64,000 bases of DNA from an uncultured Armatimonadetes bacterium (GTDB lineage: Bacteria; Armatimonadota; UBA5829; DTJY01), in the NCBI GenBank assembly GCA_963717145.1, contig OY970325.1, positions 896,001 to 960,000 of the forward strand, written 5' to 3'. This document shows, piece by piece, positions 44,101 through 56,100 of the stretch. Every line of letters starts with the position of its first letter. Position 1 is the stretch's first letter. The position numbers and the translations under genes are program-made. Under the pieces are notes generated by a model, which did not search any database, had not been told where the DNA came from, and saw nothing but the letters and a program-made list of their open reading frames with translations.

Positions 44101-47100
44101 AGTGCCGATGGATGGGATAGCAAGACGACTGGGACAATCACTGTAGTAGGTCCCTGGATCAAGACGGATGTCGTGGTGGGTGCGGGCTGTCGCACTACAG
44201 GGGCAGTAGGTCTGACCGGGGCAACGGCGCCTGCCGGCGGATACACGATCAACCTGACGAGCAACGATCCGACGATAGCAACTGTGCCTGCTACCGTGAC
44301 AATACCGGCCGGTTCCAGCTGGACCTCATTCACGATTGTGGGCAAGTCAGCAGGCAGCACGGATATCATGGCATCGGTGGCAGGCTTCTCGGCTACAAGT
44401 GCTGTGACGGTGGCAAAACCTACCTTCGAGTGGATCAGTGTTCCGACTCAGATGACGCTGGGTGCAGGCACGAACGCGCAGGTGTACACTTGCGTGCCTA
44501 ACGGGACGTACTACGGCGACTACTACGGCACGCCGTACAAGTGGGGCAACACTCGCCAAAACATCGATCAGGCGGTCGCAGTAAGCCTGTCAAGCGAGAA
44601 CCCGGCCGTGGTCCAGGTGCCGGCTGCTGCGACTATACCGGCGGGCGGCTATTCCACAGGTAATCTCGCCATGCAGGCAGTTGGGACAGGAACGAGCACT
44701 CTGACTGCGAGTGCCGATGGATGGGATAGCAAGACGACTGGGACAATCACTGTAGTAGGTCCCTGGATCAAGACGGATGTCGTGGTGGGTGCGGGCTGTC
44801 GCACTACAGGGGCAGTAGGTCTGACCGGGGCAACGGCGCCTGCCGGCGGATACACGATCAACCTGACGAGCAACGATCCGACGATAGCAACTGTGCCTGC
44901 TACCGTGACAATACCGGCCGGTTCCAGCTGGACCTCATTCACGATTGTGGGCAAGTCAGCAGGCAGCACGGATATCATGGCATCGGTGGCAGGCTTCTCG
45001 GCTACAAGTGCTGTGACGGTGGCAAAACCTACCTTCGAGTGGATCAGTGTTCCGACTCAGATGACGCTGGGTGCAGGCACGAACGCGCAGGTGTACACTT
45101 GCGTGCCTAACGGGACGTACTACGGCGACTACTACGGCACGCCGTACAAGTGGGGCAACACTCGCCAAAACATCGATCAGGCGGTCGCAGTAAGCCTGTC
45201 AAGCGAGAACCCGGCCGTGGTCCAGGTGCCGGCTGCTGCGACTATACCGGCGGGCGGCTATTCCACAGGTAATCTCGCCATGCAGGCAGTTGGGACAGGA
45301 ACGAGCACTCTGACTGCGAGTGCCGATGGATGGGATAGCAAGACGACTGGGACAATCACTGTAGTAGGTCCCTGGATCAAGACGGATGTCGTGGTGGGTG
45401 CGGGCTGTCGCACTACAGGGGCAGTAGGTCTGACCGGGGCAACGGCGCCTGCCGGCGGATACACGATCAACCTGACGAGCAACGATCCGACGATAGCAAC
45501 TGTGCCTGCTACCGTGACAATACCGGCCGGTTCCAGCTGGACCTCATTCACGATTGTGGGCAAGTCAGCAGGCAGCACGGATATCATGGCATCGGTGGCA
45601 GGCTTCTCGGCTACAAGTGCTGTGACGGTGGCAAAACCTACCTTCGAGTGGATCAGTGTTCCGACTCAGATGACGCTGGGTGCAGGCACGAACGCGCAGG
45701 TGTACACTTGCGTGCCTAACGGGACGTACTACGGCGACTACTACGGCACGCCGTACAAGTGGGGCAACACTCGCCAAAACATCGATCAGGCGGTCGCAGT
45801 AAGCCTGTCAAGCGAGAACCCGGCCGTGGTCCAGGTGCCGGCTGCTGCGACTATACCGGCGGGCGGCTATTCCACAGGTAATCTCGCCATGCAGGCAGTT
45901 GGGACAGGAACGAGCACTCTGACTGCGAGTGCCGATGGATGGGATAGCAAGACGACTGGGACAATCACTGTAGTAGGTCCCTGGATCAAGACGGATGTCG
46001 TGGTGGGTGCGGGCTGTCGCACTACAGGGGCAGTAGGTCTGACCGGGGCAACGGCGCCTGCCGGCGGATACACGATCAACCTGACGAGCAACGATCCGAC
46101 GATAGCAACTGTGCCTGCTACCGTGACAATACCGGCCGGTTCCAGCTGGACCTCATTCACGATTGTGGGCAAGTCAGCAGGCAGCACGGATATCATGGCA
46201 TCGGTGGCAGGCTTCTCGGCTACAAGTGCTGTGACGGTGGCAAAACCTACCTTCGAGTGGATCAGTGTTCCGACTCAGATGACGCTGGGTGCAGGCACGA
46301 ACGCGCAGGTGTACACTTGCGTGCCTAACGGGACGTACTACGGCGACTACTACGGCACGCCGTACAAGTGGGGCAACACTCGCCAAAACATCGATCAGGC
46401 GGTCGCAGTAAGCCTGTCAAGCGAGAACCCGGCCGTGGTCCAGGTGCCGGCTGCTGCGACTATACCGGCGAGCGGCTATTCCACAGGTAATCTCGCCATG
46501 CAGGCAGTTGGGACAGGAACGAGCACTCTGACTGCGAGTGCCGATGGATGGGATAGCAAGACGACTGGGACGATTGCTGTCGTCGGCGGTTCGGGCAACA
46601 ACGGAGGGTCGAGGCTGGCGGATCTCACCGCCTGGGATTCCGCACAGGGCCGTGCACACCTTAGACAACGTTCCAGTATGATGGAGCAGCGGAACGCTAG
46701 CAGCCCGCAGACGCTCTCCGGCGTCGGGACGCCATTCCTGGCACTCTCCCTCATGTCCGTGATCGGCGCCACAGGGGTCGGCTCGGTCGGGGAGGGAGGC
46801 AGCACGCCACAGCCCGTGATCGAGTACAATATCATATCCGGAAACACCGCCGGATTCGGTGGCGGCATAGCATGCTGCAACTCCTCGCCGATCATTCGCG
46901 ACAACATTCTGGTGGGCAATTCCGCCACAGGCGAGTTCGGCGGAGGTGCGATTGCCGTCCTCGCTGACTCGGGCCCCAGACTCCGCGGCAACACGGTGTG
47001 CAGCAACAACGCGACATCGGGCAATGGTGGCGGCATCTACGCTGAGACTGCTGGGCTGTCGGTCAAGAACTCAATCCTATGGCAGAACGAGGACGACCTG

Positions 47101-50100
47101 TGGAACTGCGCGCCGACGTATTCGTGCGTGACTGACCTCTCGGCTGATCCGGGCACCGGCAACATCTCGGTCGATCCCGCGTTTACCCAGACAACCGATC
47201 CTGGAACTCCGGGTTACTATCGGCTGGTCAGCGGTTCGCCTTGTGTCAACGCCGGCGATCCGGCATACGTCCCTGACACAGGGGAAACAGATGTTGATGG
47301 TGGACTGCGCGTCGTTGGCGGTCGTGTGGACATGGGCGCTGACGAAACCCCGGACGCGACGGTCCCAGATACGCAGATCACCTCCGGGCCAGCCGAAGGG
47401 TCCACGGCGTGCGCAGGCCCGGTCTCGGTGACGTGGACTGGCCGTGACGACGTCACGCCGGCAGGACTGCTGGAGTATTCATGGCGGGTCGACAGTGGGG
47501 ACTGGTCAGTCTGGTCGACGGCCACCAGCGAGGCGCTCACGCTTGCAGATGGCCAGCATACCTTCGAGGTGAAGGCAAGGGACTCCTCGGGTAATGAGGA
47601 TGCTTCACCCGCGTCCCGAACGTTCACGCTGGACACCGTCGCCCCGACGGTCACCTCTACGGCACCTGCGAATGGCGCGACCGGCCTGCCGGTCAGCTTG
47701 GTCATCACCGCCACCTTCAGCGAGGCGATGGACCCGGCGACGATCAGTACTGACACGTTCCTGCTGACGGACAGCGCGGCGGACCCGGTTGCGGGCACCG
47801 TTGGCCACGATGCGGAAAGCAAGACAGCCACCTTCACGCCTGCCGCAGCTCTCACCTACGACACGAGCTATAGGGCGACGCTTACAACCGGCATCATGGA
47901 CGTGGCAGGTAACGCATTGGTCAGTGCCTACACGTGGGCATTCACGACAGGTGCGCCGGGTCGGATCGTGCTGGTGAACGATGAGTGGGTTCTGGCCGAT
48001 GCCGGCTTCTCCGAGCCGAACGATCCCTGTGCCTTTGCGTTGAATGCGGCTGGCTGGTTTACCGGCGGATCTCCCGGCACCTTCCTAGTCTATTCAAACG
48101 ACCAGGGACTGATCGGATCATCTCTGGCCTCGTGCATGAGAAACGCTGGCCACACGTGGACAGTCTCCACATCAGCCACTCTCGACCTGCCGACACTGCA
48201 CACTTACGATGCCGTATTCCTGGGCGGTGTCCTTGCAGACAACACCGTCCTAACCGACTATGTCAACTCGGGAGGAAACGTGTACTTGCTAGGAGGCAGC
48301 GGAGGTAGCGGTAGCTGGGGGCCATCTCAGGAGGCAGCTGCCTGGAACCCATTCCTGGCGGACTTCGGTCTTCGGCTTGCCGACGATGGGTGGAACTCGA
48401 TCTCGGGAAGCATTCCCATCGCTAGTAGCCACCCGATATTCGCTGGAGTCGACCACTTGTACCAAGGCGTGGGACAGACAATCTTCGACATAAGTCCCAG
48501 CGACCCTCATAGCCGGGTGCTGATTGCGGTTCCGGAAGGGGAGGGTGGGCTCTACGCCGTGTTCGATGGTAGGTTAGATGCAGCCCCTCCGACGGTCACC
48601 TCTACCACCCCGGCGAATGGCGCGACCGGCGCGCCGGTGGATGGCACAGTTGCCGTCGCGTTTGATGAGGCCATGGACCATTCGACGATCAACGCTGTGA
48701 CGTTCCTGCTCAAGGACAGCGGCGACAACCCGGTGTCCGGGACTGTGACCTACGAGGATGCCTCCAAGACTGCCACATTCACTCCGGCTACACCACTTGG
48801 CTACCGGACTACGTACTCCGCGACGATCACGGCCGGGGTCAAGGACTTCTACGGCAATGCGATGGCGACCGATTACACCTGGAGCTTCAGCACCGCCAGG
48901 GAGCGCGTGGTCTTCACGACGAACACTCTGATCGGCTGCACGAATTCCTCCTATGACGGGAAGGACATAGTAGTAGATGGCTGCACGCTCACGGTCAACT
49001 GCTCCCACGCCTTCAACAGCCTTCAGGTGATCAATGGGGGCGTTGTCACTCATTCGGTCTACACCGCCGGACAGGAATACAAGCTTGACCTGACAATTGC
49101 GCAAGACGTGACAGTAGACACAGGCGGCTCGATATCGGCGAACGGCAAGGGCTATGGGCAGGAGACTGGCCCGGGCAAGGGCGGTTCCAACTTTTTCAAT
49201 GGTGCTGGAGGCGGCTACGGGGGTGCTGGAGGCGACTCCAACTTGGCGGCTGGTGGAGCGGCCTATGGTTCGGTCACTGAGCCGACGGACCTAGGCAGTG
49301 GTGGGGGCCGTGAGACTTACTTCAGCTCGGCAGGAGGGGCGGGAGGCGGAGCCATTCGCCTGATGGTGAACGGGACGTTGACAGTCAATGGGAGTCTGAC
49401 GGCCAACGGGACTGTTGGCGGCACCGCCTACCCTGACCGCGCAAGCGGCGGCGGCTCAGGTGGAAGCGTTTATCTAACGGTGGGGGTTCTGGCAGGTTCG
49501 GGAGCTATATCGGCCAGCGGAGGAAACAGTGGGGGAGTCTCGGCTGGAGGTGGCGGTGGCGGAAGAATAGCCGTTTACTACGAGGACAAGACTGGCTACG
49601 CTGGTACGATCACGGCCGTCGGTGGCTCGGGGTATGTGCGTGGCGGCGCAGGAACGATCTACGTGAAAGGCTCCGATCAGTCGCTGGGTGATTTGCTGGT
49701 CGACAATGGCGGAAACACGGGAGCCAATACGCCGGTTGCCGGAAGCGCAGCATTTGACAAGGTGGATGTGGCGAACCAGGCTAGGTTAGTGGTTAGCTCA
49801 AGTGTTCTGTTGTCGGCTGGCACCCTAGTGGTGCGCGACAGCGGTCAGATCAGTGTGTCGGACAATGGGGACGTAGACTTCCCGCAGACATTCATTTCTT
49901 CGGGCGGCGTGTTCAACTTGAACAAGACGGAGATCTTGGGCAACGTGCATATTATGTCGGGAGGGGTGCTGACCCATCAGGCGGGTATGGTTGGGTTCGA
50001 TCTAACGGTCACGGGTGATCTGGTTATCGACACAGGCGGCTCGATATCGGCGAACGGCAAGGGCTATGGGCAGGAGACTGGCCCGGGCAAGGGCGGTTCC

Positions 50101-53100
50101 AACTTTTTCAATGGTGCTGGAGGCGGCTACGGGGGTGCTGGAGGCGACTCCAACTTGGCGGCTGGTGGAGCGGCCTATGGTTCGGTCACTGAGCCGACGG
50201 ACCTAGGCAGTGGTGGGGGCCGTGAGACTTACTTCAGCTCGGCAGGAGGGGCGGGAGGCGGAGCCATTCGCCTGATGGTGAACGGGACGTTGACAGTCAA
50301 TGGGAGTCTGACGGCCAACGGGACTGTTGGCGGCACCGCCTACCCTGACCGCGCAAGCGGCGGCGGCTCAGGTGGAAGCGTTTATCTAACGGTGGGGGTT
50401 CTGGCAGGTTCGGGAGCTATATCGGCCAGCGGAGGAAACAGTGGGGGAGTCTCGGCTGGAGGTGGCGGTGGCGGAAGAATAGCCGTTTACTACGAGGACA
50501 AGACTGGCTACGCTGGTACGATCACGGCCGTCGGTGGCTCGGGGTATGTGCGTGGCGGCGCAGGAACGATCTACGTGAAAGGCTCCGATCAGTCGCTGGG
50601 TGATTTGCTGGTCGACAATGGCGGAAACACGGGAGCCAATACGCCGGTTGCCGGAAGCGCAGCATTTGACAAGGTGGATGTGGCGAACCAGGCTAGGTTA
50701 GTGGTTAGCTCAAGTGTTCTGTTGTCGGCTGGCACCCTAGTGGTGCGCGACAGCGGTCAGATCAGTGTGTCGGACAATGGGGACGTAGACTTCCCGCAGA
50801 CATTCATTTCTTCGGGCGGCGTGTTCAACTTGAACAAGACGGAGATCTTGGGCAACGTGCATATTATGTCGGGAGGGGTGCTGACCCATCAGGCGGGTAT
50901 GGTTGGGTTCGATCTAACGGTCACGGGTGATCTGGTTATCGACACAGGCGGCTCGATATCGGCGAACGGCAAGGGCTATGGGCAGGAGACTGGCCCGGGC
51001 AAGGGCGGTTCCAACTTTTTCAATGGTGCTGGAGGCGGCTACGGGGGTGCTGGAGGCGACTCCAACTTGGCGGCTGGTGGAGCGGCCTATGGTTCGGTCA
51101 CTGAGCCGACGGACCTAGGCAGTGGTGGGGGCCGTGAGACTTACTTCAGCTCGGCAGGAGGGGCGGGAGGCGGAGCCATTCGCCTGATGGTGAACGGGAC
51201 GTTGACAGTCAATGGGAGTCTGACGGCCAACGGGACTGTTGGCGGCACCGCCTACCCTGACCGCGCAAGCGGCGGCGGCTCAGGTGGAAGCGTTTATCTA
51301 ACGGTGGGGGTTCTGGCAGGTTCGGGAGCTATATCGGCCAGCGGAGGAAACAGTGGGGGAGTCTCGGCTGGAGGTGGCGGTGGCGGAAGAATAGCCGTTT
51401 ACTACGAGGACAAGACTGGCTACGCCGGGAGCGTGACGGTACTGGGAGGTTCCGGGTATCAGTCCGGCCAACCTGGAAGCGTCTTCCTCTATAAGTCGGG
51501 TGCTCTCCGTCTTCTTTCGCATGTGCCGCAGGGATGCATGGGCGAACCAGTCGACCGCGTGGACGTCCAGTTCAACAAGGATGTAGACGGCACAACATTC
51601 GGGGTTGGCGAAGTATCTCTGACTGCGCCCAACGGCTCACCAATTCCCCTGGTGAGTGTGCCACAGAGCGCGGGCGGAAACGTCTGGCGAATCAGCTTCA
51701 ATCCTCAGACTACAGAGGGCGAGTACCACGTGAGCATCGGCCCCCACCTCGCGGATCTGGTCGGTCATCAGATGGACCAAGACGCGGACGCATTCGAAGG
51801 GGAATCCCCCGACGACGTCTACCAGGGCGCTTTCCGAGTGGACCTGGTGCCTCCGGCGATCTCCAACCTGAGTGCCGCGGCCGCATTGCAGCAGTGCCTG
51901 ATAACCTGGTCCACCAACGAGCCGGCCACTTCTCAGGTCGACTACGGTCCGGACGACGGCTACGGCGCGAGCACGCCTGTTGCCACGGAACTGGCTACCA
52001 GCCACGGCGTGACCGTGAGCGGGCTGTCACCGAACACGGACTACTACTACCGAGTTAAGTCCGTGGATGCCTGCGGGCGGCAGGCGGAACTCGCCGGGGG
52101 GGCCTTCACGACAGTCGCCGACACGACACCTCCTAACACTCAGATTGCCTCCGGGCCGACCGAGGGAACTATGGCCTGCGCAAGCCCGATCTCAGTGACC
52201 TGGACTGGCACCGACGACGTCACGCCGACCGGACTGCTGGAGTATTCATGGCGGATCGATGCTGGAGACTGGTCTGCCTGGTCAACGGTCGCCAGCGAGG
52301 CGCTCACGCTTACAGATGGCCAGCACACGTTCGAGGTCAAGGCAAGGGACACGTCAGGCAATGAGGATTCCACCCCGTCGGTCAGGCACTTCAGCCTGGA
52401 CACACAGGCGCCCGCGTTGTCGCAGTTTGCGACCGCACCGGCCGCGGCTTCAATGACGATCATCTGGACGACGGACGAGCCGGCCACATCACAGGTAGAA
52501 TACGGAACGTCTGTCTCCTACGGCACCCTTACGCCTCTGCAGTCGCAGCTTGTGACGAGTCACAGCGTCACCATGACCGGATTGACTCCAGCCACAACCT
52601 ACCATTACCGCATCAGATCGAAGGACTCGTGCGGCCACGAAGCCTTCTCTGCGGAGGACTTGACCTTCGATACGACCGCCGATACGACTTCACCGGACAC
52701 CAGCATAGCGTCGGGACCGTCGGAGAACGGAACGGCATGCGCTCTTCCGGTCGCAGTCGCCTGGACGGGAACGGACGACACTACCCCGGTGGGCCAGCTC
52801 CAATATTCGTATTCCCTTGACGGGGCGGGATGGTCCGATTGGTCTTCGGCCATCAGCCAGAGCTTTGGCGCACTCACGGACGGATCCCACACCTTCCGGG
52901 TCAATGGCAGGGATCTGTATGGCAATGAGGATGCCACGCCGGCTGTTCGCCACTTCAGCGTTGACACGACTCCGCCGACCATCTCGGGCGTGTTGGCCAC
53001 TCCTGCTGCCGGTCAGTGCGCTGTCAAGTGGACAACAGACGAGCCGGCGACGTCGCAGGTGGAGTATGGGGAGACCGACCGGTACGGCTCCGTCACATCG

Positions 53101-56100
53101 CTTGATGTAAGGTTGCTGACGAGCCACAGCGTCATGGTGACAGGGCTCTCTTCAGAAACGCTCTACCACTACCGGGCGAAGTCCAAGGACAACTGCGGTC
53201 ACGAACGGGTCTCGGATGATGGTACGTTCCTGACGACTCCTGCGCCCGACCTGCAGGTCACGTCCGTCATCGTGCCGATCGAGGCGTGGACCGGCAGTGC
53301 GTTCGACGTGACGTGGTCCGTCGTGAACAACGGTCCCGGGCCGGCTGAGGGCACCTGGGCGGACAAGGTCTATCTCTCGACCGACGCTCAGGTGGGGAAT
53401 GACATCCTGCTCGGCGAGTTCTCATACGGGGCCGGTCTGGCCACCGGTCAGACGGTCACGCGCACACAGACCGTGACGATCGGCCGCCAGGGTGTAACAG
53501 ACGGAGACTACTACATCATTGTGTGTACGGACGCGAACGGCGGCGTGTTCGAGGGCACGCATGAGGACAACAACTGCCTGGCGGACGAAACTGTGATAGG
53601 AGTTCATGTCACGCCCTGGCCCGATCTCCAGGTTGACTTGGTCGAAGCGCCGACCAACGCACAATCAGGGCAGATCATCGGCGTGAGCTGGCGGATCTGT
53701 AACAACGGAACAGGTGCGACCGATGCACCCTCCTGGTATGAACGGGTCTACCTATCTCCTGACACAGACAAGTCCCATGCCATCAAAGACTACGGGCAGT
53801 TCGTCAACGGCAGCTATCTGGCTCCTGGAGAGTGCTACACTGAGACCCGCGACTTGACGCTGCCGGCAGGGATCTCCGGGACGTACTACTTCATCGTGGA
53901 TTCAGACTGCAGCCGCCAGGTCGCAGAAACGGTTGAGTCGAACAACGTCGGCCACAGCACGCCGATAGATGTCACCTACGTTCAGCCTGGATTCCTGCAT
54001 GTGGAGTCAGTCATCGTGTCCCCCGCTCCGCCTATAACTGTCTGGGCTGGCGAGCAGGTCACAGTGACGTGGAAGGTAACGAACACGGGCGGCAGCCCGA
54101 TAGCTGGCAAATGGGACGACGTGGTGGCTCTTTCTCCCACGCCGAACTGGGACGGCACACACGGATACTGGGGCGTTATACACCACATCTACTTTACCGG
54201 ACCGCTGGCCGTGGCCGCGAGCTACACCCACACGGCGAGCTTCACCGTCCCGCAGAATATAGCCGCCGGCACCTGGTACGTGGTGCCAATAGTTGACACC
54301 CACTACTTCGCGGGTGGGGACGGGAGCATCGGCGGCGGAAACGTCCCGAGGGACCAGAACAACGCCTCAATCGAGGTTGCGCTGCCGCCTCCGGCGGACC
54401 TCGAAGTATCCGCCGTGGATGCTCCGACAGCGGGTACGGCCGGGCAGCCCATCACTATCACTTGGATGACTGCGAACAATGGTGCGAACCGAACCAGTGC
54501 GCCGTCCTGGAGCGACGCGGTCTATCTCTCGACCGATACGACTCTGGACAAGTCGTCAGACAGGCTTATCGGCACATTCGGCCACAGCGGCGCACTTGAC
54601 ACGGGAGGCAGCTACAGCCAGACTCAGAGTCCCACGATTCCGTCTGACGTACCGGGTGCTTGCTACCTCTTCGTCTGCGCGGACAGCGGCAACATTGTGT
54701 ACGAAGGTCCGTGGGAGGACAACAACTGCGGCTATGATCAGACCCCGGTGCAGGTGCAGGTCGTCCCACCGCCTCCTCCACCGGACCTTCAGGTCACGAT
54801 GCTGAGCGTACCATCTACCGGAACGGCGGGCCAACCGGCTTCGATATCGTGGACCGTGCAGAACGCCGGTGTGACAGACACGGGGGTCGCGTCCTGGAGC
54901 GATGCCGTCTACCTTTCCACCGACGACACGTTGAGCACAAGCGCGGACACCTTGCTCGGGACATACTCGCACACGGGCGCTCTCGCCTCCGAAGCAAGCT
55001 ACACACAGAATCAGATCGTCACTCTGCCGCACTGCGTCTCCGGGCCGTACTACATATTCGTACTGACCGACAGGGGCAGTCAGGTGAGCGAGGGTACGGG
55101 CGAGGGTAACAACTCGCGACGCTCTGATACCTCGATGGACGTAGCGGGCGGGCAGTATGCTGATCTCATGCCGACCTGGACGGTCGTGCCTGCGACCGCG
55201 AATGCCGGAGAACCGATGGCGATCGCCTGGAACGTATCCAATGCCGGAACCGGCACTGCGCCCGCCTCATGGACTGATGCGGTCTATCTTTCCGCTGATC
55301 CGCTGCTGGACACAAAGAATGACATCCGCCTCGGGGCTTTCGCGCACAGCTCCGATCTGGCGTCAGGTGTCAGCTATGCCATGAGCCCAAGCCCGACCGT
55401 GCCGATCGGGCTCACAGGTAGCTTCTACCTCATTGTGATGACCGATACCGACAACGCGGTCCGGGAGTGCGCCGGCGAGGGTGACAACACTGTCGTGAGC
55501 ACCTCAGCCGTTCAGATCGGGATTGCGACATATCCCGATCTGCAGGTCACCGCTGTGAACGCCCCGGATACGGCAATCTGCGGCCAGAACATGACTGTCG
55601 AGTGGACTGTTCGCAATGAGGGCAACGCGGCCACTCCTTCGGGCGTCTGGTCTGACGCGGTGCACCTATCGAAAGACCAGGTGCTGGACACCACGGATCC
55701 AAAGATCGTCGCATTCCCGCGACTCAACTCGCTTGTTGCGGGTGAAACGTATACCAAGTCCGCCCAGGTGCAGATACCGGGCGGGGCTTCGGGTCCGTAC
55801 TACGTGTTTGTCGTTACCGACAGCACGAACCGGGTCTTCGAGCACACGGCGGAGAACAACAACGCCGGCCACGATCCGACCGCTATGATCGTCACGATGC
55901 CTCCGCCCGCTGATCTGGTGGTGGAGGGAGTGACTGTTCCCGCAACGGGTTCGCCCGGCGAGTCTGCTGCGATAAGCTGGGTAGTCACCAACAACGGGAC
56001 AAACGCGGCGACCGGCCAGTGGACCGATTCGGTCTATCTCTCTGCGGATACTGCGTGGGACATCAACGACCAACTGGTCGGGCGTATGGATCACACGGGA

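Noticed and set aside
43543-46571. DGR template/variable repeats or CRISPR
   Set aside because: Repeats are in-frame, tandem and near-identical, with no adenine-specific variation and no reverse transcriptase in the window
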